A stretch of 64,000 bases of DNA, from assembly GCA_944323875.1 (NCBI GenBank), contig CALUUH010000008.1:1542-65541 (forward strand). Reading direction: 5' to 3'. The notes below the pieces were generated by a model, which saw nothing but the letters and a program-made list of their open reading frames with translations, was not told the origin of the DNA and did no database searches. Shown in pieces: positions 34,132-42,985 of the stretch; position 1 is the stretch's first letter; every line of letters starts with the position of its first letter. Source of the stretch: Candidatus Gastranaerophilales bacterium (lineage in GTDB: Bacteria; Cyanobacteriota; Vampirovibrionia; Gastranaerophilales; Gastranaerophilaceae). A program made the position numbers and the translations under genes.

Positions 34132-35296
34132 CAACAGAGAAAGAATATCTAAATATGATGATCGGCCGGTACAGAGCGTAATCGTTTCGTCACCGGATCA
34201 GACACTTTTGATTGTTGTTGCGTTTTTGATAGTGATAGGATTTATGGCGATTTTTTCTGCCACTGCTCCGAAATGTCTAGATGAAGGCGGAAACCCTGCA
34301 CAGTTTTTGATAAAACAGGTAATTTGCTTTGTTGTTGGATTTTTCGGATTGAAATTCTTTTCAAATTACGATTATAAAAAACTTGCGGATTGGAATGTCG
34401 TAATTATGGTATCAATTATCCTTGCTCTTGTATTGGTTGATTTTACGCCGCTCGGGGTCATGGTAAACGGGGCAAAACGATGGATTAATATTGCAGGATT
34501 TCAATTGCAGCCTTCTGAATTTGCAAAACCGGCCGTTGTACTTTTGCTGGCACATGCTTTTAGAAAAGACGGACGACTTTTAGATCAGGAAAAATGGGTT
34601 TGGGCCTTTATTCCTATTATCATAATGCTGGGCTTGATTTTTATTCAACCGAATTTAAGTATGGTAATTTTGCTATTGGCGACATCTGTTGTAATGTTTT
34701 TGTGCGCCGGCGGTTCTATGAAGCTGTTTTTAAGCTGCGTCGGAGCCGGTGTTATGGCAATTATTGTTGCTGCGACGACGATTATAAAACCGTACCAGCT
34801 GCAGCGCTTGAAAACCTGGACCAATCCGGAAATTGATCCGCTCGGAGCCGGATATAATATTATTCAATCATTGATTGCCTTTGCCTCAGGCGGTTTCAGC
34901 GGCGTGGGGTATGGCGGCTCAATTCAGAAATTATCTTATCTCCCTGAATGCCATACAGACTTTATATTTGCGATTATTGCGGAAGAATTGGGATTTCTCG
35001 GATGCCTGCTTGTAATCGGGTTGTTTTTTACACTTATACACCGTGGATTTTTGATAGCTGCAAGATGTCCTGATATGTACGGCAAAATCCTTGCTGTCGG
35101 ATTAACTTTTTCAATAGGATTTCAGGCATTTTTGAACATGAGTGTTGCAAGCTCATTTTTACCGACAACCGGTGTTCCGCTGCCGTTTATAAGTTACGGC
35201 GGATCTTCTCTTATTGTTTCTATGATAATGATCGGTATTCTGTTGAATATATCCAAAAAACGTATAATGAAGATAAGGAATAATAACGGTGTCTGA
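34109..35296 (+). CDS. ftsW: SEDS-family peptidoglycan polymerase FtsW/RodA
   Basis: Start placed at the ATG at 34109 (RBS AGAGGAAAGG). QPSEFAK, TDFIFA, GVPLPFISYGGSS. Confidence 0.9.
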   Translation: MSYQRSISNRERISKYDDRPVQSVIVSSPDQTLLIVVAFLIVIGFMAIFSATAPKCLDEGGNPAQFLIKQVICFVVGFFGLKFFSNYDYKKLADWNVVIMVSIILALVLVDFTPLGVMVNGAKRWINIAGFQLQPSEFAKPAVVLLLAHAFRKDGRLLDQEKWVWAFIPIIIMLGLIFIQPNLSMVILLLATSVVMFLCAGGSMKLFLSCVGAGVMAIIVAATTIIKPYQLQRLKTWTNPEIDPLGAGYNIIQSLIAFASGGFSGVGYGGSIQKLSYLPECHTDFIFAIIAEELGFLGCLLVIGLFFTLIHRGFLIAARCPDMYGKILAVGLTFSIGFQAFLNMSVASSFLPTTGVPLPFISYGGSSLIVSMIMIGILLNISKKRIMKIRNNNGV

Positions 35297-36428
35297 TAGT
35301 CAAAAGATTACATATTTTATAACAGGCGGCGGCACAGGCGGACATATTTATCCGGCCGTTGCTGTTCTTGATGCTTTGCTGCAGGACGAAGATACAAAAG
35401 CTGTTTATTATATTGGCAACCCGAATAATCTCGAATACAGTATTATAAGCCAAAAGCCCGTAAAATTTTTGGGGATAAATATTCACGGAATGCCGAGAAG
35501 ATTTAGTTTTGCATTTGTAAAATGGGCATTTCAGCTGTGGCTGGCATGGTTAAAATGTTGTTATTATATATTCAAATACAAACCGGATGTTGTATTGGGA
35601 ACTGGCGGATATGTTTCTGCCCCTATGCTAATGGCTTGTATGTCGTTTGTCAGAGGGACAAAAGGACGATTTACACCTTATATGATGCATGATTGCGATG
35701 CGCAACCGGGACTTGTGACAAGAGGATTGGCCAGATATGCAAAAATGGTTTCACTGGCATTTGAGTGCGCAAAAGATTATATTAATAACAAAAATTGTGT
35801 GATAAACGGAAACCCGATACGTGCGGCATTTAAAACTTTAACAAAAGAACAGGCACGCAAAGCTCTCGGACTGGAAAACAGATTAACCGTCTGCATAATG
35901 GGGGGCTCTCAAGGTGCAATGAGTATAAATAATGCGGCGGTGGAACTGCTGCAAAAACTTTCTCAAGCAGGAGTTCAGGTTATATTCCAGACCGGAAAAA
36001 AGAATTTTGAACGCGTAATTGAACAGTTGATAAAGATTTATCCTGAATATGAAGATGATAAAAACCTTGTTGTAAAACCATATTTTGACGATATGGTAAC
36101 AGTGATGAAGGCATCAGACATAGCGGTGTCCCGTTCCGGCTCATTGAGCTTATCTGAGATTGAGGCATCAGGTATTGCGGCAATTCTGGTTCCATACCCG
36201 CATGCGGCAGCAGACCACCAGCGTAAGAACGCAAAATTTTTGCTTGAAAAAGGTGCTGCTCTGTATCTGGAAGATAGCGAGGTTAATGAAAAGACATTAT
36301 CGGAAAAACTTTTTGAACTCATTAATTCTCCGGAAAAACTTTCTGAAATTCAGCAAAACGCACTATCTCTTGCAAAATTTGATGCTGCTAAAAATATTGT
36401 TAATCAGCTAAAAGAGCTGATATCGTAA
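35289..36428 (+). CDS. murG: UDP-N-acetylglucosamine--LipidI N-acetylglucosaminyltransferase
   Basis: GTG start. GGGTGGHIYPA, GGSQGA, HQRKNA. Confidence 0.93.
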   Translation: MSDSQKITYFITGGGTGGHIYPAVAVLDALLQDEDTKAVYYIGNPNNLEYSIISQKPVKFLGINIHGMPRRFSFAFVKWAFQLWLAWLKCCYYIFKYKPDVVLGTGGYVSAPMLMACMSFVRGTKGRFTPYMMHDCDAQPGLVTRGLARYAKMVSLAFECAKDYINNKNCVINGNPIRAAFKTLTKEQARKALGLENRLTVCIMGGSQGAMSINNAAVELLQKLSQAGVQVIFQTGKKNFERVIEQLIKIYPEYEDDKNLVVKPYFDDMVTVMKASDIAVSRSGSLSLSEIEASGIAAILVPYPHAAADHQRKNAKFLLEKGAALYLEDSEVNEKTLSEKLFELINSPEKLSEIQQNALSLAKFDAAKNIVNQLKELIS

Positions 36429-36539
36429 TTTGATGTTTGTGTAAACGTACAAATTCTTGCAATTTTTAAATGATTAACAATTCAGGTATTTTATTAGTAA
36501 AAACTTTATGCTATAATTTTTGTATAAAAGGAGAAAAAT

Positions 36540-36884
36540 ATGACTTTAAGAAATGAACGTGTAAGAAAAGAATTAATGCGCGATATCTCAGATATATTAC
36601 AAAAGGAAATACGCGGGCTTCTCGGTGTTGTATCAATCATTGATGTGGAAGTTTCACACGACAACTCTTTTGCAAAAGTCATATACAGTGTTCTCGGTTC
36701 TCCAGAGCAAATTGAAAAATCTAAAGAAATAATAGAAAAAAGCACACCTAAAATCAGATATGAAGTAGGCAAACGTATACGCCTGCGTCTTACCCCTGAA
36801 TTAAAATTTGTATATAGTGATTCTTTTGAAAAAGGTTCACGCGTAACAGAGATTATTGATAAAATATCCCGCGGAGAATTGTAA
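36540..36884 (+). CDS. rbfA: Ribosome-binding factor A
   Basis: RVRKELMRDISDILQKEI...TPELKFVYD-type pattern. Confidence 0.9.
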   Translation: MTLRNERVRKELMRDISDILQKEIRGLLGVVSIIDVEVSHDNSFAKVIYSVLGSPEQIEKSKEIIEKSTPKIRYEVGKRIRLRLTPELKFVYSDSFEKGSRVTEIIDKISRGEL

Positions 36885-36886
36885 TC

Positions 36887-37774
36887 GTGTTGAGCGACTG
36901 TGTCAATACAAAGTCTTGTTTCGGATTTTTAAATATCTACAAACCGGCCGGAATGACATCCCATGATGTTGTCTATAAAATTAGGAAAATAACAGGCATT
37001 AAGCAGGTCGGACACACAGGAACTCTTGACCCGTTTGCAGAAGGAGTTCTGCCAATATGTATAGGTAAAGCAACACGGCTTATTGAATATTTGACAGATG
37101 ATAAAGAATATCTTGCAACTGTACAATTCGGCAAAAGTACGACAACATACGATCTTGAAGGCGATGTAACCTCTCAAACAGACAAGAAAGTATCAGAAAA
37201 TGATATTCTTTCTGCACTAAAAGATTTTGAAGGTGAAATAGAGCAGTTTCCGCCAATTTATTCCGCGATAAAAGTTAATGGTAAAAAATTGTACGATTAT
37301 GCAAGGCAAGGTCAGGAAGTTGAAATTAAACCGCGTAAAGTCGTTATTGAAAAAATCGAATTGAAAAAATTTGACTTTGAAAGCCAGAGTGCGGAAATTC
37401 TTGTCAAATGCTCCAAAGGTACATATATCCGCTCAATTGCGCATGATTTAGGACAAAAGACAGGTGTTGGAGCATATCTTACCAGTCTCGTCAGAACTCA
37501 GGCCGGAAACTTTTTTGTAAAAAATGCAATAAAACTTGACGATATAGAAAATAATTATTCCGCCAATATGCTTATCAACCCGCTTGATGTTCTTGAGCAG
37601 CCAACAATAGATGTCGCAGATAGTGAGCTTGAAAAAATCAGGAACGGACAATTTTTGAAAAATAACGGAATAAATAATGGTCAAACTGTTATTTTGATTT
37701 ATAATAAAAATGTTATCTGTGCGGTTGGAATTGCAGATTTCAACAAAATAAAACTAAAGAAAGTGTTTATCTAG
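36887..37774 (+). CDS. truB: tRNA pseudouridine(55) synthase
   Basis: GFLNIYKPAGMTSHDVV, GHTGTLDPFAEGVLPI (catalytic Asp), KGTYIRS. Confidence 0.93.
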   Translation: MLSDCVNTKSCFGFLNIYKPAGMTSHDVVYKIRKITGIKQVGHTGTLDPFAEGVLPICIGKATRLIEYLTDDKEYLATVQFGKSTTTYDLEGDVTSQTDKKVSENDILSALKDFEGEIEQFPPIYSAIKVNGKKLYDYARQGQEVEIKPRKVVIEKIELKKFDFESQSAEILVKCSKGTYIRSIAHDLGQKTGVGAYLTSLVRTQAGNFFVKNAIKLDDIENNYSANMLINPLDVLEQPTIDVADSELEKIRNGQFLKNNGINNGQTVILIYNKNVICAVGIADFNKIKLKKVFI

Positions 37775-37775
37775 T

Positions 37776-38639
37776 ATGAAAAAATTGCTTACTTTATTTA
37801 TTCTTTCAGGATTTTTATTGTTTAATCAGGTCAGTGCAGAAAACTGCTATCAGGAATTTAAGTGCCCTGCTGAAAACGGTTTAACCTCAACATATTCAAG
37901 GTTTTTTAGCAATGTAACAGGTAATAAAATTCTTGCTGAAAAAATAGCGCAGGCCATAATCAAAAAAAATATTAAAAAAAATGCGCAAGGCGACTTTAGT
38001 GTAAAATTAAAATCCTATAGCGCGCGGGATATGAGAGCCGGACGCTTCAAGTCCTTTGAACTCAAAGGCAAAGATGTAAATTTTGAGGATGTTTACGTCT
38101 CAGAATTTGATCTCAAAACAATCTGTGATTTTAATTACATAAATCTCGACAAAGATTGGAATATGACGATTGTCGAAGATGTGCCGATGACTTTTGAATT
38201 TACAATAACAGGAGAGGATCTGAATAAAACAATGTCCTCAAAAGAATATCTTAGAGTTTTGCAGGATATAAATTACCTTGGCGGCGGTCTGTTTACAATC
38301 GAATCAACCGATTTAAAAATAAAAGATAACAAAATCTATTACATATTAAAATATGCCATTCCTTTTGTACGCAAACCGCAGGAAGTTGTTATAAATGCAG
38401 GGTTGGAAGTTAAAAACGGCAATATAAAATTTGCAGACGCGCAAATTCTTAATGACAATTTTCTTCTAAAAGCTGATAAATTATCTTCTGTTTTAAATTA
38501 TATTAATCCACTTGATTTTTCAGTCAAAATACTGGAAAATAAAGATGCAAGATTAAATATAAAAAATGTCTCAATAGAAAATAACCAAATACAGGTTGAC
38601 GGCACAGTTGTTTTGTTGAAAGATATTATTAAAGAATAA
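37776..38639 (+). CDS. Secreted protein, possibly DUF2993/LmeA-like
   Basis: Signal peptide MKKLLTLFILSGFLLFNQVSA. A repeated beta-rich pattern with FELKGKDVNFEDVYVSEFDL and TITGEDLNKTM resembles DUF2993 (from recollection only). Confidence 0.5.
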   Translation: MKKLLTLFILSGFLLFNQVSAENCYQEFKCPAENGLTSTYSRFFSNVTGNKILAEKIAQAIIKKNIKKNAQGDFSVKLKSYSARDMRAGRFKSFELKGKDVNFEDVYVSEFDLKTICDFNYINLDKDWNMTIVEDVPMTFEFTITGEDLNKTMSSKEYLRVLQDINYLGGGLFTIESTDLKIKDNKIYYILKYAIPFVRKPQEVVINAGLEVKNGNIKFADAQILNDNFLLKADKLSSVLNYINPLDFSVKILENKDARLNIKNVSIENNQIQVDGTVVLLKDIIKE

Positions 38640-38650
38640 GGAATTGAATT

Positions 38651-39256
38651 ATGCGAAAAGATCAAAAGGTATTTTTAGGAACACTTGCAGTAGTAATGGT
38701 TGGTATTTGCGCATTTACGGCAATGAAAGTATTGTATAACGATGAACAGGCCGCAACAGGGCCGCTCTTACCTGTTCAGGAACAACAAGGAGAACAACCG
38801 CCGGAAGAACAAAAGCCTGTTGAAAAAGAAAAAGTTTATGTAAATGTATTTTTTATAGGACAGGATGAAAATAATTACGAAGTATATAAAGCCGTAAAAC
38901 GCGAATACGATCAGGCGGTAGACGGCTCTAAAATAGAATATGCTATCGACAGCCTTATAATGGGGCCAAAGCCGGAAGAAAAAGCATACGGTGTATATTC
39001 GGAAATTCCGTCAGGAACACGCGTAATCTCAATTACAGAGCGTCCGGAAGGTATTATTATCAATCTTTCTTCTGAATTTGAAGCAGGCGGCGGCACTGAT
39101 AGCATTTATAAAAGAATTTACCAGTTGATAAAGACAGCAAAAAGAAATACCGACAAGCCGGTTTATCTCTATATAGAAGGCCGCAAAGCTGATGTTATTG
39201 GCGGTGAAGGTATTATGTTAAATCAACCTTTAAATGAAAATTCTCTGGATGGCTAA
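38651..39256 (+). CDS. GerMN domain-containing protein
   Basis: N-terminal TM, then VYVNVFFIG...IEYAIDSLIMGP...GTRVISITE...IIINLSSEF...IYQLIKTA, typical of the GerM N-terminal domain. Confidence 0.7.
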   Translation: MRKDQKVFLGTLAVVMVGICAFTAMKVLYNDEQAATGPLLPVQEQQGEQPPEEQKPVEKEKVYVNVFFIGQDENNYEVYKAVKREYDQAVDGSKIEYAIDSLIMGPKPEEKAYGVYSEIPSGTRVISITERPEGIIINLSSEFEAGGGTDSIYKRIYQLIKTAKRNTDKPVYLYIEGRKADVIGGEGIMLNQPLNENSLDG

Positions 39257-39262
39257 TCTGGC

Positions 39263-39529
39263 ATGGAAAAAGATTTAGACTACTACTTAAATTTGAATTG
39301 GACGCTAATCGAAGGGCAAGATCTCGATTTTGAAGGTAATCCTTATTTTTATATTGAAATAAGAGAACTGCCGAGTTTTGTTTTCTGCGCAAAAACACTC
39401 GAAAAAGCACGTGCAAATTACAAACAGCAGCTTGCGCTGACATTAAAAATTATGCTGGATGAAGGAGACGAAATAATTGAACCTGATGATTTTGAGGATG
39501 AACCGGATTGGGAAAGTCTTTGTCCTTAG
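39263..39529 (+). CDS. HicB-like (UPF0150) antitoxin-fold protein with no adjacent HicA
   Basis: YYLNLNWTLIEG...YFYIEIRELPSFVFCAKTLEKARANYKQQL...MLDEGDEIIEP matches the HicB N-domain pattern. Confidence 0.6.
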   Translation: MEKDLDYYLNLNWTLIEGQDLDFEGNPYFYIEIRELPSFVFCAKTLEKARANYKQQLALTLKIMLDEGDEIIEPDDFEDEPDWESLCP

Positions 39530-39554
39530 CAGATAAAACAAATTGCTCAAAATA

Positions 39555-39773
39555 TTAGAATTTGCAATTTAAAATATCCTCAATATTAACATTCAGAGCT
39601 TCGGCTATCTTGTATAAAGTTTTTATTCTTATATTGTAATTGCCTCTTTCAATTGCGCTCAGCGCATTAGTACTCAAGTCGGCTCTAAACCCCAATTCTT
39701 CCTGCGAATAATCTTTTTTAAGCCGTAAATAACGAATACTCTGTCCTATTTTGAATAGCAACTCATCTTTCAT
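39555..39773 (-). CDS. XRE-family HTH transcriptional regulator
   Basis: IGQSIRYLRLKKDYSQEELGFRADLSTNALSAIERGNYNIRIKTLYKIAEAL. Confidence 0.85.
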   Translation of the reverse strand: MKDELLFKIGQSIRYLRLKKDYSQEELGFRADLSTNALSAIERGNYNIRIKTLYKIAEALNVNIEDILNCKF

Positions 39774-39810
39774 ATCAACATATTAAGTTGTTGACAAAGA
39801 TAAATCCAAT

Positions 39811-39840
39811 ATGTATACTTAGATTATTACAAGTATACAT
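39811..39840. promoter_or_regulatory. 10-10-10 inverted repeat carrying two GTATAC boxes (candidate XRE operator)
   Basis: ATGTATACTT-agattattac-AAGTATACAT. It overlaps the -10 of a + strand TTGACA-17-TATACT promoter (39791-39819) and a minus-strand TTGTAT-17-TAATAA promoter. Confidence 0.55.
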
Positions 39841-39944
39841 GTATAAATACAAGTAAAATTACAGGCTTAATATAAACGGAGCAGCCATTTTATAATGGTG
39901 ACGGGTAGACATCCATTCCCTGTTTACCCGTCTGCTTCGTTTTA

Positions 39945-41096
39945 TTATTTATAAGCTTTTGTATACTGCGGATTTACGGCAAGCCATTTAAAGCTTTGAG
40001 TTTCGACTTCCGGCTTACTTACAACAAAAGTTCCGCCGTAACGGCCGCGGTTAAAGATCAGATAGCCTTCTTTTGCCAGATTGCTAAACGCTTTGCGGAT
40101 TGTATTAGGACTGAGGTTAAGTTTTTCTGCCAATTCAAATATTGAAGGTAATTTATCACCTATTTCATACTCATCCGCTATCAATTTTTTGATATAATTC
40201 TGCGTTTTTTCATAGTAATAGAATGCAGCTTCAGGTGCCGGAGCAAAAATAGAAGTTTCTTTTTGTTCATCATAAGAATTATCATTAGGCATTTTTATAA
40301 CTGTTGTACCATAACGTCCGCGTCTAGGAAGGATGATGCCGTCATAGACTAATATTTGTAACCCGTCATGAACTGTTTTTATACTAGCCTTTAATATTTT
40401 TGAAAGCTCAGAATGCGATGGCATACGATCACCGACTTTGAGATTTTCCACGATGTAATTTTTTAGATCATTTTCTATTTTTTCAACAAGTGTTACCATT
40501 TCTGAGTCAACTATTTCAAAATCAGTTGAAACAACTTCCCAGCAGCTTATTTTTTCGTTTTTCTGATAATTACGTTTAAGAATACCAATAGAACAGAGAT
40601 AGTCAATAGCCAGACGTGCCGTGTTTGCAGAATATCCTATTGTATTTCCGATAGCACGCGCTGAGGTCAACTTGTCTCCTTTTTTCATATTATTGGCTTT
40701 GATATACTGTTTAATTTTTTCTATTGCCATCTCACGTTTGGAGGTAAGCTTGCGTAATGCAGTTTTTTTGTCTTTCGGATCTTTGACAATCGTTCCCAGA
40801 CACTGCTTTGACTCCAGATATCCTAAATCCTCTACACGTCTGTAAGCTGTCTGAATAGTACCTATACTAACGCCGAGCAAATAGGCTAAATCAGGTTTGT
40901 GCGGCAGCACGTAGTTAAACTTAATTTTTCCGGTATTTAAGCCGTCCTCAATCCATTTTACAATCCATTTGGCAATTACTGCAGTTTTAGGCTCAGTAAT
41001 ATTTTTTAAATCCGGCAGCGGAAAATCAATATCTGAAACATTTATTTGAGTTAACTCATTTTTATTAGGAGAAATATAATTTTTTTCCATACACAC
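39945..41096 (-). CDS. Protein composed of four tandem GntR-type winged-HTH modules with no effector domain
   Basis: Four segments each fit the GntR wHTH pattern: LPHKPDLAYLLGVSIGTIQTAYRRVEDLGYLESKQCLGTIV; LTSARAIGNTIGYSANTARLAIDYLCSIGILKR; MPSHSELSKILKASIKTVHDGLQILVYDGIILPRRGRYGTTV; LPSIFELAEKLNLSPNTIRKAFSNLAKEGYLIFNRGRYGGTFV. Confidence 0.75.
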   Translation of the reverse strand: MCMEKNYISPNKNELTQINVSDIDFPLPDLKNITEPKTAVIAKWIVKWIEDGLNTGKIKFNYVLPHKPDLAYLLGVSIGTIQTAYRRVEDLGYLESKQCLGTIVKDPKDKKTALRKLTSKREMAIEKIKQYIKANNMKKGDKLTSARAIGNTIGYSANTARLAIDYLCSIGILKRNYQKNEKISCWEVVSTDFEIVDSEMVTLVEKIENDLKNYIVENLKVGDRMPSHSELSKILKASIKTVHDGLQILVYDGIILPRRGRYGTTVIKMPNDNSYDEQKETSIFAPAPEAAFYYYEKTQNYIKKLIADEYEIGDKLPSIFELAEKLNLSPNTIRKAFSNLAKEGYLIFNRGRYGGTFVVSKPEVETQSFKWLAVNPQYTKAYK

Positions 41097-41334
41097 ATCC
41101 TACTTTGTAAAAATAATACACTATTTATAAAAAAACATCAAATATTTTTTTGTTAGCATGTTAAGAAAGTTTACAAAATCTTCCAAGGAAGTACACATTT
41201 TCATGCATACCCTTGCTAAATCAGTATTACACCACGCCAACTTTACAATTCTTAACCGGATATCTGCATGCCGGCCGATTTGGTGTAAAATGTACATATC
41301 TGAAAAAGTTTTTCATTATAGAAAGAGGTAGTAT

Positions 41335-41670
41335 ATGAATACAGTTGTATTGGTCGGCAGAGTAGGCCGTGATGCAGAAATAAGATATTTTGAATCAGGA
41401 AAAGTTAAAGCTAATTTTTCTGTGGCCGTAAACCGCTGGGACGCAAAAACAAAATCTGAAGTTGCAGACTGGTTTAATATCGATGTATGGGATAAACAGG
41501 CTGAATTTGCAGGTGAATATGTAAAAAAAGGTATACTTGTTGCTGTTGACGGCCGCATTGACGTAAATCGCTGGACTGATAAGGCAACAGGGGATGATCG
41601 CGAAAACTTTTTGGTCGTTGCAAATAATATAAGATTACTTAGTTCTAAAAGAGATGTAGAAGCATTATGA
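41335..41670 (+). CDS. ssb: Single-stranded DNA-binding protein, short form without an acidic C-terminal tip
   Basis: MNTVVLVGRVGRDAEIRYFESGKVKANFSVAVNR...WFNIDVWDKQAEFAGEYVKKG OB fold. Ends ...SSKRDVEAL. Confidence 0.85.
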   Translation: MNTVVLVGRVGRDAEIRYFESGKVKANFSVAVNRWDAKTKSEVADWFNIDVWDKQAEFAGEYVKKGILVAVDGRIDVNRWTDKATGDDRENFLVVANNIRLLSSKRDVEAL

Positions 41671-42983
41671 TAGTTACCTCTAATATAGTCGGAATACTTG
41701 CTGACGATTTGACCGGTGCTAATGATACCGCGTTACAATTTCATATTCAGGGGGCAAACACACAGATATTACTTTCTAATGATGTTGAGCCGCTGAATAC
41801 TAAAAATACACAGACCTGGGCTGTTTCAACTGAATCAAGAAATGTGGCGCCGGAAGAAGCGTTTCAGTCTGTCAAAAGTGCAGCAGAAATGCTTATCCAG
41901 AAGATAAATCCTGACTATTTCTATAAAAAAATTGATTCTACTCTGAGAGGGAATATTGCGGTTGAGGTACTGGCATTACTTGATACATTAAATTGGGATG
42001 CAGCGGTAATTGTGCCTGCTTTTCCGCAGGAAGGCCGTATTACTGTCGGCGGATATCATCTTTTAAAAGGTGTGCCGATTGAGCGTACAGAAATGGCCAG
42101 AGATCCTTATTCGCCTATATTTGAATCTCATATTCCGACTCTGTTTGCCGCGCAAATTGATGAAGAATGCAAAGATTTAATCGGCACTATTGAGTTAAAG
42201 ACCATAATGAACGGCGCGGGCCCTATTTTACGCGAGTTAAATGAATTGATTTCAGACGGTAAAAAACTTATCATCGCTGACGCGGTTTCAACCGTTGATA
42301 TTGAACAAATTGCACTGGCTATAAACAAATCCGATTATAATATTCTGCCGGCCGGAACTGCCGCATTTGCACGTTCTCTTGCCGAATTATGGTTTATTGA
42401 CCTTGATAACAGCCATATCACTAAAACTTTCCCTGAATTACCAAAGTTAATTATTTCAGGAAGTGCAACACAAATTACGGCAAATCAAATTAAAACTCTT
42501 GAAAATAGTGATGATATTGACGCTCTCATAATAAGTCTGACATACGATAATATCAAAAACGGTGTATCTGAGGCATTAGTTGATCGTATTGTATCTAATT
42601 TGGGACAAAAAAATACGGTTTTAGTGCATACATCTCATATTATCCAAAATTTTGACGGATTTTCTGATGATTCCCTGAATGCCGAACTCACCCGTACTAA
42701 ATTAGCCACGATGATTACGGATTATCTGGCCGAATTGACACAGAAAGTAATTGCTAAACATGAGGTTATTTTAATAACTCTCGGTGGTGAAACTTCTTAC
42801 AAATGCTGTAATGCCATAGGTGCAAACCAATTGCAGCTTATTGATGAAGTTGTTCCGGCTATTGCTCTTTGTATGGATCACAATGCACAGTGGATTGTCA
42901 CCAAATCAGGCAACCTCGGGAATGCTAACACTCTTATTGATATATTAAAATATTTTGAGTCACACGAAAGCTCTGCAGGATAA
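41667..42983 (+). CDS. Four-carbon acid sugar kinase family protein (DUF1537; threonate/erythronate/4-hydroxythreonine kinase class)
   Basis: GILADDLTGANDTA N-terminus and KSGNLG near the C-terminus. ATGA overlap with ssb. Followed by a PdxA-family gene. Confidence 0.8.
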   Translation: MIVTSNIVGILADDLTGANDTALQFHIQGANTQILLSNDVEPLNTKNTQTWAVSTESRNVAPEEAFQSVKSAAEMLIQKINPDYFYKKIDSTLRGNIAVEVLALLDTLNWDAAVIVPAFPQEGRITVGGYHLLKGVPIERTEMARDPYSPIFESHIPTLFAAQIDEECKDLIGTIELKTIMNGAGPILRELNELISDGKKLIIADAVSTVDIEQIALAINKSDYNILPAGTAAFARSLAELWFIDLDNSHITKTFPELPKLIISGSATQITANQIKTLENSDDIDALIISLTYDNIKNGVSEALVDRIVSNLGQKNTVLVHTSHIIQNFDGFSDDSLNAELTRTKLATMITDYLAELTQKVIAKHEVILITLGGETSYKCCNAIGANQLQLIDEVVPAIALCMDHNAQWIVTKSGNLGNANTLIDILKYFESHESSAG

Positions 42984-42985
42984 AA

